Assembly: GCA_030141605.1 (NCBI GenBank) | Contig: JAQGDQ010000166.1 | Span: 313,187 to 377,186, forward strand | Reading direction: 5' to 3' | From: Tubiluchus corallicola | Lineage: Eukaryota > Animalia > Priapulida | DNA length: 64,000 nucleotides | In this document: positions 26,049-39,094 of the stretch, piece by piece | Numbering within the stretch: the stretch's first letter is position 1 | Layout of the letters: every line of letters begins with the position of its first letter | The notes under the pieces: model-generated | The model's database searches: none | What the model saw: the letters and a program-made list of their open reading frames with translations, nothing else | What the model was told of the DNA's origin: nothing | Translations under genes and position numbers: made by a program

Positions 26049-26910
26049 GGGTTGGGTTAGGGTTAGGGCCAGTGGTGACTCGTGGTTAAAATTTCTGAGG
26101 GTGCTGCTTCAGCAAATTTTTAACCTTTGCTTTAATACCATGTAAAAGGAAACAAATATACGCAATTTTAATGTTGTAATTTGAAATTGTAGTTTTAAAC
26201 AAACAAACAAACGTATGAAATCCTAAACAAAAAACCATTTCTGCTCACTAATAGCCTAAATTGTTGCAGTTCAAGTTTGAATCCATTCACGATAAGCACG
26301 TGACAACTGACAACATACTGTGCTAGCGACATTACTTTCTCTACCTGGACTCAGACGTGCGCGTGGCCACATGCGCACAACAGCCAATCACCGCACTGCT
26401 GTGAACGCACTGTGCTGGGTTGTGAAGCAAACAGTACTACCCTCACGTGCTCTGGTTCCGTACAAGTACAAGAAAGAACTAAAGAAAAAAGACTTGTTAT
26501 ATTGAATATTATAGATAATAATGAGTGAAAAAAGGGGTTCTGCAATTCCACAGTACCTATTCACGAGCTGTCACAGATTAGGATTAAGGTTAGGGTTAGT
26601 AGTGGGGTTAGTGTTAGCGTTAGGGTTTAGGGTTAGAGTTGGATTAGGGTTAGGGCTACGGCTACGGTAAGGGTTAGGATATTTTAATTATGTGAGGAAT
26701 TGTAAACTTCCAGTTTCGTTTAAGACGTGTCACAGTTAAGAATTCTTCCTACAAGAAATTAGTTCGTGAAGCAGATTAGGGTTAAGGTTAGGGCTTAAGT
26801 TATGGACAGGGTGGGGTTGTGTTAGGGTAAGAGTTGGGGTATTTAAATTGTATAGGGAATTGTAAACTCTTTCGGGTTTTAGACGCGTCACAGTTTGCGA
26901 ATTCTCATAC
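26049..26910 (+). repeat. Degenerate (TTAGGG)n-containing interspersed repeat, interrupted by a family H MITE
   Basis: GGGTTAGGGTTAGG tracts plus a shared GGAATTGTAAAC..GACG(T/C)GTCACAGTT tail in two units; related copy at 44916-45040. Confidence 0.7.
26090..26577 (+). mobile_element. Family H MITE, full length
   Basis: CAGTGGTGACTCGTG ... CACGAGCTGTCACAG; inserted in the TTAGGG tract. Confidence 0.75.
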
Positions 26911-27372
26911 AGTCAAAATATGAAAGAAAAACTCCTGGCTATAATCTCAAATTCTCACTCCTTGCTGAGGTCAATAAAGTTAAAAAATTTCTCTAATACG
27001 AAGTAAGCAGATTTTACCCTGCAGACTGGAAAGAACCCCGAGTTTACAGTGTGACGAATTTCTGCAACAAGGAAGTAGTCTTCGACGCTTGAGGCTTAGC
27101 GTACGTGTGATGAAGCCAATTCCCGAATAATACAAGCTCGCCATTATCGTGAACGTGTTTTGACGATTATCAGAAATTGTAACTGCTGTGTGAGGTTCTT
27201 AGCTTTCAAGTACGATCTATGTTTTATTTTTCTAAAGTTATAAAATTACAAGTTAGCAATTACAAATGATAGCGCAGATGTAGACAGGTTCGCCATGATG
27301 TTTGTTTTACTCAGTGAGATCACAAACGAACTAAATCTTTGAATGAGGTATTGGGATACGTATTGAATAGTA

Positions 27373-27595
27373 CAGTCAACCTCGGATATAAGGTATGTAC
27401 TCGCTTCTAAGGGACCACCAACACCGGTCCCGATTTTTCGTAACGTTTTTCCTATGTAAAAACCTTCGTATATAAGGTACTCGGATATAAGGGACGATAT
27501 CTTCAGGTTCCGCGTAATAGAAGCCCAGGTAAATTACCTCGCATATAAGGGACCCTATGATCAAAGCAAAATTGGTCGATTTTTAACTTCAAATT
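27373..27595 (-). mobile_element. Tc1/pogo-like MITE, half copy of 12653-13133
   Basis: TA-CAGTCAACCTCGGATATAAG, then the reverse complement of 12900-13133. Confidence 0.85.
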
Positions 27596-27814
27596 TAACC
27601 AGAAAGGCGATCTCTGTCAGTAAATGATATATTTCCAAATATTGAACAGACAGATGACGTCGTCGTTTCACGCACGTCACGCAATTCCTCACGCACTCAC
27701 AATGAACAAGCCGTAAGACATACATTAGATATCAATGAAACAAAAAACAGTCTATCAGCAGGGAATCGAGGTCTCGTTATAAGCTGGTTCGTTGCAAAAC
27801 TTGTGCTATTATTC

Positions 27815-27904
27815 ATAATAATAATGATGATGATGATGATTGCGCTATTGAAGGTGGTAGCATTGGTGGTGGCGGTGATGGTGATGATGATAATAATAAT
27901 GATG

Positions 27905-27936
<32 letters not shown>

Positions 27937-28060
27937 GATGATGATAATGGTGATTGTGCTGGTGGAGGTGGTAGTGTTGGTGGTGGTGGAGGTGGTGATG
28001 ATGATAATGATGATGATGATGATGATGATGATAACAACAACAACAACAACAACAACAACC
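27815..28060. repeat. (GAT/GGT/AAC)n trinucleotide microsatellite
   Basis: Direct reading. Confidence 0.95.
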
Positions 28061-28285
28061 TTAATCACAAACTTAATTTATAATTGAATCTAACTACAGT
28101 TTTCACTCCCCTGTCAATTTTAAATTATTTAAATTGGAAACTAGAATGATTTACATAATCTTGCTGTCATTTTGCATTTGCTTAATTGTTTTACTAGGGA
28201 TTGTTACTTTCAACAAAGCTTTTGAGTGATTAGTTTACTAGGAAGAATTTAATTAAGCGATACGTGACTGTGATGGTTAACTTAA

Positions 28286-28465
28286 AGCAAAACCTGACCC
28301 AGTGGTAAACTGTAAGTCATAACAATCTACTCTTTAAAGTATCGAAAGGAAACATACCATTTTTTGAAGAATGACTAATGTGAAAGAATTATTACCACAC
28401 AAACACAGTTGCGCGCTCCCACCACTAAGTTCTTCACTGTTACATGCATTTCGCCATTCTCTACT
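28286..28465 (-). mobile_element. Family G MITE fragment
   Basis: TTAA-AGCAAAACCTGACCC; reverse complement of 49585-49767. Confidence 0.7.
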
Positions 28466-28469
28466 AAAG

Positions 28470-29422
28470 TGCCGTTCAATTCAAACGAGTTTTTTTAGTT
28501 TGAATCCGATTCGAACTAAAATATGCAGATTCGAATAATTCAGCACTTCGACTACATACGTTATTTATCATCAAAACGTTCGAAACAGCAGACAACTGTA
28601 CAAAATTTTTAAAAAAAAATTTCTTTCCTTCTTCAAAGTCTCATTCGATCTACTGTAGGCACAGAGGTATCAACATTTATCAGAGTATTCCACCCACTTT
28701 TATCTGCAGAGTAAGTTCTTCTACTCCTAAAGATAGATTTAGTTGAAGTTGTTGAATATCTTTATTTATCTTAGCTATCCAAGTTGTTTTTGGTTTGCCA
28801 GGTGGTTTTTTTTTGCAAGGTTTTAAGGCTTCCTTTAAGGCGATTCTTACTGCTACTTCACTTGATAATCTTAGAAGATGTTCTAGCCATCTTAATGCAA
28901 CATTAAGTTTTATGTTAAAATTTAATTTTTTGCTGGTTAATACATTCTTGCGTTCAAGAAAAGCAAATTATTAACGTTTTTACTGTAGAACAAAATCAGG
29001 TAATATGCAAGATCTTTGTGAGACCACTTTTTATTAGTGATTCGAAAATTTATTCGAAATTTTTAAAACTGCATTCGAATTCGATTCAGATTCGAAAATG
29101 CTGAAACTCGGTTTGATCCGAGTTCGAAATCGTGTTCTGGTAGAGACTGCTCACCTCTACAGGAAAAAATCGATTTGATCCGAGTTCGAAAGTCACAAAT
29201 TCGATTCGACTCGAATTCGTTTTCTATAGAGACTGCTCACCCCTATAGGAAAAAAATTCTGTTTGATCCGAGTTCGAAAGTTACAAATTCGATTCGACTC
29301 GAATTCTCTTTCATGTAGAGGCTACTCACCCCTACAGGAAAAAAATCGGTTTGATTCAAGTTCGAAAGTCACAAATTTGATTCGACTCGAATTCTTTTTC
29401 TGATAGAGACTGCTCACCCCTA
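28470..29422 (+). mobile_element. Family E MITE, interrupted by an RTE fragment, with 3' end tandemly amplified four times
   Basis: Homology to 4808-5184 on both sides of 28620-28900; the TIR TGCTCACCCCTA recurs ending at ~29159, 29245, 29334 and 29422. Confidence 0.8.
28620..28900 (-). mobile_element. RTE-clade LINE 3' end fragment
   Basis: Minus-strand translation LRWLEHLLRLSSEVAVRIALKEALKPCKKKPPGKPKTTWIAKINKDIQQL matches the RTE C-terminal pattern RLRW.GH..R ... GRP..TW...I.KD; GAA-like tail. Confidence 0.75.
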
Positions 29423-30014
29423 CAGGCCCCTACTGCGCGTCGTCCAGGAATAACTAATCGAACCGAATCACACATTTCAGAACGTTCCTGCACGAGCTGC
29501 TGCAGAACAACTGCTTCATTATTATGCATGCATGCAGCTCAAGCGTGGAATTTGTTTGTAATGGCTTAAAATTCGCATAAAGCCTAATGGAAAGACATAA
29601 AGCGAATGAATAAACCGGTGAGGCACAAACGAATCAGTGCTTTAATATTGCTCGATTATAAATGAGTATTGCCGCTATGGCTGATTATAAATGGATATTA
29701 CTGATTATAAGTGATTGTTGCTCGTTGCTTATGATACGATTTCAATTTAGTATCGAAACCCCTGCAGTTTTTTTCAGAGCAGATTGACAGCGTCATCTGT
29801 CGTTAAATTTTGTTGTTAAATGTAGAAATACTAACATTTGTAACCTAATAGATAAATGTTTTGTAAATAAGAGGAACTATAGAATTTTGTATTTAGAACT
29901 ATAGAAAAATTGGATTGTTAACTTTGTTATCAATTGTTGTGTGTTGAATGTGTATGTGGTTTACGACACACATCGGTGTTTGATGTCGTTGGTAATGTGC
30001 TCGTACGATTTTGT

Positions 30015-30178
30015 ACATATATTTGCCAACATTGTTCAACATTGTTCAAAAACAAATATTTGTTAACATTGTTCAACATTGCTCAAAAACAAATATTTGT
30101 CAACATTGTTCAAAAACAAATATTTGTCAACATTGTTCAACATTGTTCAAAAACAAATATTTGTCAACATTGTTCATA
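30015..30178 (+). repeat. ~28-37-bp tandem repeat (TTTGTCAACATTGTTCAACATTGTTCAAAAACAAATA)
   Basis: 4-5 units visible. Confidence 0.9.
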
Positions 30179-30832
30179 TTAGTAAAATCGGGACATGTGC
30201 TTACGATTTTAATGAAGGCTATCTTTCTGTCAATTTGATATTTATCGCAGTTCATTAAAAATGTTGCCCATCTTCAATATCTGATTCTTTGCAATACATA
30301 CGCACTCGTTCATTGATAGGAAGCTTTTTTGTGTTTGATGCCTTCTTGTTTCAATAGCTAAGGTATGTGAACTAATCTGGAATTTTGGCAAAAGCTATTT
30401 TAGCCTTTCTTAAGATCAAATGATTTTCAAGCTCAAACTCAACTTTAAATTTGCCTTTTTTCATATGCCTTTTCTTGTCCTTTAAGTTTGGCTTAAAACA
30501 TAATTTATTGAAGATGTAACATTGTACTGTGTTGACCATTATACCCCATGTACGGGGTTTTGTCTGTGTAGTTTTTTCTTCATTGTAATGTATTGCATTG
30601 TTTATGTAATGTTTTGTAACTTGTAATTGTATGGATTGTAAATCGTGAATAAATAAATATAACTGCTAGGTTTGAAACACGCAGTTTTACAACTGATATA
30701 TGTTCTCCCCTAGTGGGAGCGAAACGCTAGACAGATGCAGAACAATGGTGAGCACAACGTATAAGGAATGTTGCAATAAATATGAACATTACTATGTAAC
30801 AATGGTAACAAAGTTAATACTATTTAAAGCAT

Positions 30833-31228
30833 TTAGTGTTTAAAAGACTGCACTAAAACAAAAATTTGAGTGTTCACAGAATTATCTAGGGTATGGTTCC
30901 CGTGCAGGAACAAACGTACAAGTTCATTTGTTGCAAGACTGTAAACATTGATGTTAAAAGCTGACAAAAGAGGGCAGAGATTTGTAAATAAGTCATGTCT
31001 GGCCTGGTGGTAAAGAGGGCAGCTAATTAAGTAATGACCAACCATTTCATAAGCAGAACCACATTGACAATTCGGTGATACTAGTGACTCGTCGTAATTT
31101 TTACATTTTCTGAGGTATAAATCATAATTACATGTAAGTTGACGACGGGATTTATGACTTCCCAATTTGAACATTTCTCTGACTCCTTTAAGTTTAAAAC
31201 TGCATTTTCTCATTATCAGCTTGCACAC
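30833..31228 (-). pseudogene. Non-LTR retrotransposon ORF2 C-terminal remnant with CCHC zinc knuckle
   Basis: SPNCQCG...E...HYLISCPLY...R..L ... LHGN..L....N.QIF..V..F pattern. Confidence 0.75.
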
Positions 31229-31259
31229 TCATTCATGACTGTTAAAAACATTTAGTAGT

Positions 31260-31608
31260 CAGGACTGGATTAAGCATGTGGAAGACCTGGGGCCCGCTTG
31301 GAAGGGAGGCCCCCTTTCCAACTCTCCCTATTACATACACCACAGACTGATAACCTAAATCCAAATATATTAGTCCCAATATAAATAAACAAAAGTATTT
31401 ATTCATATAAATACTGCTAATAATATATATAACATAAATCCCAATATAAATAGAACACTTTTAGTTAGGAAATCCTTTATTGTACGAGTCCTTGTATGGC
31501 AACGCCTGTTATACAGTATACACATATCATCGTACCTATATTGTGGGAGGCCCCCTCTTGGTGGCGGCCCGGGGCTTGGGGCCTTTGTCCCTCCTTAATC
31601 CGGCCCTA
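31260..31608 (+). mobile_element. hAT-like MITE, full length
   Basis: TIR CAGGACTGGATTAAG / CTTAATCCGGCCCTA; 8-bp TSD TTAGTAGT / TTAGTTGT. Confidence 0.85.
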
Positions 31609-32129
31609 TTAGTTGTATTAGTCCCCTACAGCAAAGTTATGAAGACTTCCCTTTGTAAAACGTATGATTCTCTACAATTCTACCCACCTTAATATCTTTA
31701 TCCTCAAGCAGTTATTACGTCTCATAAGGATTTATGGCTTCACAATTTGAACCTTTCTTCGTCGACTCTGCTATTCACTTTTATAATCAAATCTTGCTGC
31801 TCTTACAGCATTTTTCTGTGTTTTCTTTGTCAGGCTGAGGAAGATGTATAGATTCCGCCATTTCTTCTCATTAAATACTTTCTAGGTGTCAAAATTTTAC
31901 GCGGAAATTGCGCACCGTTGAAAACAAAAGCTTCACAGCGGGTTTATTAATGGACTTCTCAGATGCTTTAATAAGCGGCAAATTTAACTGCTATCTTGCT
32001 TTATGCGCTTAGTGGAATGTTCGTGCGTTATTGATCATAATTCTTGCATATTTATGCACTGGGTTCGTTACTGAAAACGTGACCTGAATAAAAACCATTA
32101 TTATTTGTCTATTATTTGTTTATTTAATT

Positions 32130-32795
32130 TTGTAGTTCGCTTGTTTGTTTGTATTCCTGTTTGTTTGTTTGCCTGGCTTCTTGCTTCCCGTACTTTCTCT
32201 TTTTACAGTATTTGTCTAGGCTGCGTTTTTATTGCTGCTTGTTTGCATGCTCGTTTGTTTGTTTGCCTGCTCCTTGCTTCACTTACTTTCTCTTTTTACT
32301 GTTTTTGTCTAGGCTATGTTTGTATTGCCGCTTGTTTGCATGTTCGTTTGTTTGTTTGCTTGGCTGCTTGCTTCACTTGCTATTTTTACAGTGTTTGTCT
32401 AGGCTGTACTTGTATTCCTATTTGTTTGCATGTTTGTTTGTTTGTTTGCTTGGCTGTTTGCTTCAACAACTTGCTCTTTTTCCAGTATTTGTCTAGGCTG
32501 TATTTGTATTGCTGTTTGTTTGCATGTTCGTTTGTTTGTTTGTTTGGCTGCTTGCTTCACTTACTTTCTCTTTTTACAGTACTTGTATTGCTGTTTGTTT
32601 ACTTGGCTACTTGCTTCACTTACTTTCTCTTTTTACAGTACTAGTATTGCTGTTTGTTTACTTGGCTGCTTGCTTCACTTACTTTCTCTTTTTACAGTAC
32701 TTGTATTGCTGTTTGTTTGCATGTTCGTTGTCTGTTTGCCTGGCTGCTTCCTTCACTTACTTTCTCTTTTTACAGTATTTCTCTAGGCTGTATTT
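32130..32795 (+). repeat. Compound minisatellite (~59-90-bp units with embedded GTTT runs)
   Basis: Recurrent GGCTGCTTGCTTCACTTACTTTCTCTTTTTACAGTA. Confidence 0.9.
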
Positions 32796-33227
32796 TGTAC
32801 ACGCACACAGTGTAATAGCATCTAGGCTTTCACTAATACCGAGTCTTAATAATTTGACAGCAAAAATTTCATTTCAGGTTTTTAACGATTAAAGGAAAAC
32901 AGGATGATTTTTAATGTGCATCGGTGATGCATCTAACATTTCTTACATTTCAGCAGCAATAATTCTTTCACGTAAGTTTTTATTAGAGAAAAAAGTACCC
33001 AAATTTTATTGCATTAGGCCTATTTGTATAATGTACTTGCGTAGTGCAACTATAGTGTTGATATGAAATGTTTATTACCTGAAGTATTTGCCACTTACTT
33101 ATCGTAGATTTTATGGATATATATAAACCATGCATTGTATTGTATCTGAGTCTCATTAGTGCCCATTAAGTGTAAACCAAGCACCCCAAATCCAATCTCG
33201 TTGCCATGAATGACAAAGGTTATAATA

Positions 33228-33565
33228 AGCTTTTTCACAGTTTCAGCGATTGATGATGATTGTGAAAAGGTCAAAGGTTAAGTGTACCAGGCAACGCATT
33301 TGTGTTCACTTGACAACGCCTCGCAGCCCAAGCTATTGTAATAGTAACAGTTTTAACAGCTAGCTAGAACCTTACCTGGTTCATTTTTTCTTGTTCCTAA
33401 GCTAGTTCTTGCTAGTAAATCACTCTATGCACAGACTAATGCATAATTAAGTAAAGTCCTCGTAAAACAACTGAAATTTTTGAACTGATGCTTTGCTTTA
33501 CACACATGTCACGTGACGGTTGTAGTTAAGACGCGTTGCTATGGTACACTTAGCCTTTGGCCTAC
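33228..33565 (+). mobile_element. Family F MITE, right end missing
   Basis: Homologous to 17635-17970. Confidence 0.8.
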
Positions 33566-33567
33566 AG

Positions 33568-33932
33568 TTACAGTTCTACTGTAAGATATTTAGTGTGTTG
33601 TACTAAAACTACACATGCTTTGAGAAAAAAATTCGCATTTCAAATTTTCCCCTGCACTCACGCATGAGCTGTCGAACGTGTGTAGTTCGTCACAAACTAA
33701 CACATCTGAACAGAGAGGTACAGCACGTACTTTTGTACAATGCGTTTGCGAAATGCAGGCGTTAGTTCCCGTCTAACTAGTGAATGGCGAAATGCCTGTA
33801 ACAGCGAAGAACTAGTGGCGCGAACGCGTAACTGTGTTTGTGTGGAAATAATTCTTTCACCTAAGTCATTTTTGAAAAAGTGGTATGTTTGTTTTCAATA
33901 GTAGATTGTTTTGACCTGCAGTTTAATTTGCT
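33568..33932 (+). mobile_element. Family G MITE, 3' part
   Basis: Near-identical to 49378-49767 over more than 200 bp; ends TTTGCT-TTAA. Confidence 0.8.
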
Positions 33933-34020
33933 TTAAACAAAAAGGTCAAATAAGTAGGGAGAGGCTGCCACAGCTCCAAGAACAGGTGTATGTCGAAATA
34001 GTGTGAATAAACAGCAGTTT

Positions 34021-34165
34021 ATATCATTTACGAGCTTAATTTGCTTATTTACTTATCATAATTTGTTTCCCGGCAAAAATAAAAAGGCAAAATATCATTT
34101 ACGAGCTTAATTTGCTTATTTGCTTATCATAATTTGTTTCCCGGCAAAAATAAAAAGGCAAAATA
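34021..34165 (+). repeat. 71-bp tandem duplication
   Basis: ATATCATTTACGAGCTTAATTTG... present twice with one mismatch. Confidence 0.95.
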
Positions 34166-35894
34166 TATTATTTACGGCAATTTATATTTTCCAGTGTGCC
34201 TGGTTGCTTCAAATAATACAAGCATCCCTATAATTGAATTATTAATCTACAATCCAATCTAAATCAATTGCAGTTCGAATCCCAAAATGTCCTCGTTGCG
34301 GCATATAAATAAACCAACTGCAATTCTAAGCGGCACTTTGTAAGAAATTGTATCAATTTTGATGAATGTATTTAATAAAACAAATTCATTTGCATAGTCT
34401 TATTGTCAGCGCTTCGAATTGAATCCTCTGAGAATGGCACTTCTCCCCACTCTATAAGATTATTACAGAAGTCCTTTGGGCTTCTTTGAGTGCATTGCTC
34501 TTGTCTATATAATATTTCCACGTAATGAATTCGTCTGTCATAAATATCCGTTTATAGCGCATAAATCCATGGCGTGTGACAAATTTGACTAAGTAATTGG
34601 GAGTTACAAGTGTTTGTCAAACATAGGTGTCCCACCCTAAATTTAAGAAGGTGATCACATTGAAATGAAGTGTAATCAAAGCGCATGAAGAAACGCATTT
34701 TATGGAGGACATTCAACACTGTTTGTCTGGAAAGATCGTCTTAATGATCCCCTTGCAAATGTGTATCGTGTAACAAAAAATAATTGCAGTCATTTACTCC
34801 TTCAAGACAGAAAGACGTTGGCTGCATTTTGCATGGGTTCGTGAAAACTGCTCTCATTATGCAACAATTACATTATATTTGATAATTTTCGTAAGTTTCT
34901 ACTCCTCACACAACGAATTTTCATGCAGAATAATATATGAAATACATTTGCTTAATTTGGACAAATTAAAAATCGATTTTTCACGAATAAATTTAAGAAA
35001 GCTTTCAGTAACTGCAGTGTTTGCACTGTAACAATGTACAGTATCACTTGTGTGAAATCAGCTAATGTAGAAAATTTCAACTGTCCAGACACAACACTCT
35101 GATAAACTTTGCCCTCAAGTCTACTCTATTTTTAAGGAGAAATTCTTGTTAAAAGATGAAACGGCCTTAATTTGTACTTGGCTGATCGGTTGGTTTTTCC
35201 TGGAATAGCAGCAGAACACTGCACATCTTGGGCTGTAACAAGCAGGTGATCAATAAATTAGTGTGTACGATCACGCAAGTGAACGTCAGACTAAGCTACT
35301 CATAAGGCTAAGTTGGAGTGTCTGAAGATGGCGTGCTTTCTTTATCCAATTAAATCACTTACAAATGTTTAAACAAATATCATGATTGAATAGCGGAGAT
35401 TCTCCTGAATAGAACAGTGCCTAATTTGTAATCATTTAATTACGTCTGAGCTTATACAGTAACAGAAAAGTCATAGGTTTTATAAGATCTATTTTGAATG
35501 GTGGAACAAGTCCTGAAGGAACAAGAACACTGCAAAGACAAAAAAACAGAACATAAATGTTTAGCAAGTTGGATTTAGATAAGAGAGCTAACAGTGATAA
35601 CAGAGCTTTTCATTTAGCTAACAGCAAGTTGAAATCATAAGTACATCACTTTAAATTTATACAACTGTGTCTCCAAAAGATTTGACTTGAAATTGTTAGA
35701 AATATTTATAAAAGGGACGGCTAAACCATATGGACTTAAAAAAAATTGTTGACAAGGTTTTTTTTACTAATCACGATGGTTTTTTTTTGTTAATTTATCG
35801 TTAATTAAAGGACTACCATTCTTGTGTAGGAATTTTGAGTGCACCCATTTTTATTTCACCTAAGGTGAAAATTTATTTACATTAGGTGTGTGTG

Positions 35895-35932
<38 letters not shown>

Positions 35933-36349
35933 TGTGTGTGTGAAATATTAAATAAAAGAGCAGACTTGACTGAGATTGGCTGGAAAGATCGACAAACCAC
36001 TCCCTGCTATAATTCAGCGGAAATGAACTTATTGGTGGAACTATATTGACTATGAGAAGGTCGTGCTGAAGGATCTCTAATCAGAAGCTGTTGACAAGCT
36101 TGTGCACACGCTGCTTTGGTGAATCAATAAGCTTAGCACAAGCAGCAATGAGATCAGGGAAACAAATACAGCGCAGGTAGAATAGAGTATTTCTACGAAG
36201 TCTATTTTCGTAGCTCTTTTAGTAGTAAATGACGTGCAGTATTTCTTAGTTTTTAGTGTAAATTTTAACTTTTATATAACATGTTTTATGTGCTAAAATA
36301 AACTTTAAATGAATAAATAAGTAAATTAAAGCCAAGTACACGTTTTCTT

Positions 36350-37070
36350 CGCACAACGAAAACTCTATATTCATATGTATACATATATTTCAAACCTGAT
36401 AATTTTGTATCTGAGTAAAATGCTCAATTAGCTATAGAAGCTTGTGTCTCTGAAATGAAATCCTGGATGCCGCAAAGAACTGGTTGTTTGCTCAGTCCTA
36501 CGCGATATTAGTTCTGCATTTTATACCATTGGCCTTAATATCTTGTTGAAAAATGCCTTGGTATAAAAGGCCTGGTCTTGATTGGCTTAAATGTTGCCTT
36601 GGTAATCGGACGCAGTGTATGCGCATTAATAACGTTACATCTTCAAAAATTGATGTCCAGTCTAATGTCCCACAGGGCTCAGTGCTTGGCCCAATTTTAT
36701 ATACTATATATGTGCTCCCAGTTAGTGATTCAGGCAGGGACTGAATTAATTAACACTTCTATGCAGAAGATTCACATATTTACATATCTTTCAAACCTGA
36801 TAATTCTGTATTTGAGCAAAATGCTAAATTAGCTGTAGACGCTTGTGTCTGCGAAATCAAATCCCGGATGGTGCAAAAATTTTTGGCCTTAAAGTCTTCT
36901 AAGGCGGAGTTCATATATTTTGGTACTTCAAGTCAAGTGAAGAAAATGTCAAAGTCAGCGATATATAGTGCATTTGTGAAAAACCTTGGATGTTTCTTTC
37001 ATTGTAATATGACACATCAAAAGCATATTAATCACACTTGTATCTGTCTTTTTCAGCTTAAAAATATTAA
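36350..37070 (+). pseudogene. L2/CR1-group reverse transcriptase remnant
   Basis: LDW...L.NRTQ ... VPQGSVLGPILYTIY, FYAED (YADD-like), FLALKSSKAEFI.FG and VKNLG.F motifs across frameshifts. Confidence 0.85.
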
Positions 37071-37497
37071 TATATACTGTATGATACACGTGGCAATGTT
37101 AGTTGAGCAGTTTCGGTATCTTACTTGTACTTTCGACTGGGTTGAACAGAACAAAAATTCGTATGTTATGAAAACATTGTCTGCGATTAATACATAATTA
37201 ATTCACATGGTTTTGCAACATTTAGTATTTTTATTCGTAGAGTTCATTTCCTCTTTTATTATTGCTATTTCACTAGGGTTGGTTCACACCTGCCACATCT
37301 GCTGTGACGGCTTTATGCATATGACGGAATGCTGACCGTGTAATAAATGTCGTGGTATGTCAAAGGCCTGATCTTTTGCATAATTATGTTCTGTATTTTC
37401 TTGCCTTCACAACAATCAGAGCTTCGTTCCCTGCAGCAGTCAGTAGATGCTGACGCATTCAATAAAAGAACACGACATAGCTATAAAATACGTTTAA

Positions 37498-37965
37498 AGG
37501 AGAAGACAAGGGGTACCTGAAGTAGGTTTCAGAAAAATCTTCTTAAAAATTATATTACTTTACAGCAATTTTATGAATATGTTGTTCTCGCCTTAAAAAT
37601 ATTTGTTCGTTTTCATTTTAAATCTCTCGCAATACGGTCCCAACGTCACCATTACATGACGTCATATACGCACAACGTAAATCAGGGGAAGATACGGAAA
37701 TGTTAAATTTGTCCCAAAAAATCTTTCCATGCAAAGTTATATTACTGTACTTAGCATTTCGCTTACCTGCTGGAAAGACTTATGTAACAAGAAAAAAAAA
37801 TTAATCACTTAAAATGTTTAAAAATTGTTAAAATGTTGCTGAACCACCCTCCAGGATGCACCAGTCACTAACCAAAAACGTTTTTTTAATCTTATTGACA
37901 AGATACAGTAATTTAAAATTTTACTTAGTTGGTGACGTGTGAGCTACGAATGCTGTGATAACTTC
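37498..37965 (+). mobile_element. Family A MITE, 5' two-thirds
   Basis: TTAA-AGGAGAAGACAAGGGGTACCTGAAGTAGG... Confidence 0.85.
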
Positions 37966-37969
37966 AAAC

Positions 37970-38112
37970 TTGTGTATGTGTATGTGTATATGTATATGTT
38001 TAAGTACATGTATGTGTATACCTATACGTATACGTGTAAGTATATGTGTATGTATCTATACGTATGTGTATATGCAGATGCATAAGTATATGTATATGTA
38101 TATGTATATGTA

Positions 38113-38197
<85 letters not shown>

Positions 38198-38218
38198 GTG
38201 CATGTACATGTATATGTG
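37970..38218. repeat. (GTATGT/GTATAT)n microsatellite
   Basis: Direct reading. Confidence 0.95.
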
Positions 38219-39094
38219 GACTCAGTTCACTAGCTCATCCGTGTAGATTGTAATCAGAATTAATGAAAAAATCAGAAATTCCCAGCAGCCTTATCACATT
38301 CTGTTCTGCTTAATCCTAGTCACCATAATCATAATGCAAATTATGTTCTAAGCAAATTTAATAAGCCATAAATATCAACAAAGTTTAAATGTGCTAAAAA
38401 CGACACCGAGCGTCATAATTTCTCATTATGCCTGAGCTCTTATTACAATCAGCAATTACAGCAAATTAAAATGACATTAGTAGCAGTGCATGCAAGTTAC
38501 ACAATACGTAAATTGTTGTTGTAAATACGATATTTTCTTGAACATTGTATAAACCAAAGTGATTGACGGGCGAAGACGATGTGAAATCATTAAATTTGCT
38601 CTCTAAAATCAATAAAAAATATAGTTTGTGTGACGAGGTATAAAACACGTGGTCTAGAAAATATTTAAAATACTCGTATTTTCTTTCCACTTACACACAC
38701 TTTAAAGTTTCCCTTTAAAGGAAAACTGGACGATTGATTAGTCTCAATCTCATTTTAATTTACTGTAGAAATATACATTTTCTTGTCTATAAAAGTTAAC
38801 AATTGTTTCTAATATTTCAATAATAATAATAATAATATTACTATTATGAAATATTATTATTAATAATTAGCTTGGGAAGTTAATTAACGGCCACCGAATA
38901 CAGCTATCACTTACATCACAAACTAACCACAGTTTGTGCAATGGTAGGCATCTTCCCTGCGCGTCAACCATGTTTTTGTAAGCGAAGATTGGTTTAAGAC
39001 GCTGATGTGATGTCACGAAAACGAGCTCTACGCACACTGACGTCACAGACGAACACTGCAGTTTGCTATCATGCTTATGTATGTATGTTATAAA

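Noticed and set aside
26049-26910. True telomere or chromosome fusion site
   Set aside because: Repeats are short, degenerate, single-orientation and tied to interspersed repeat sequence.
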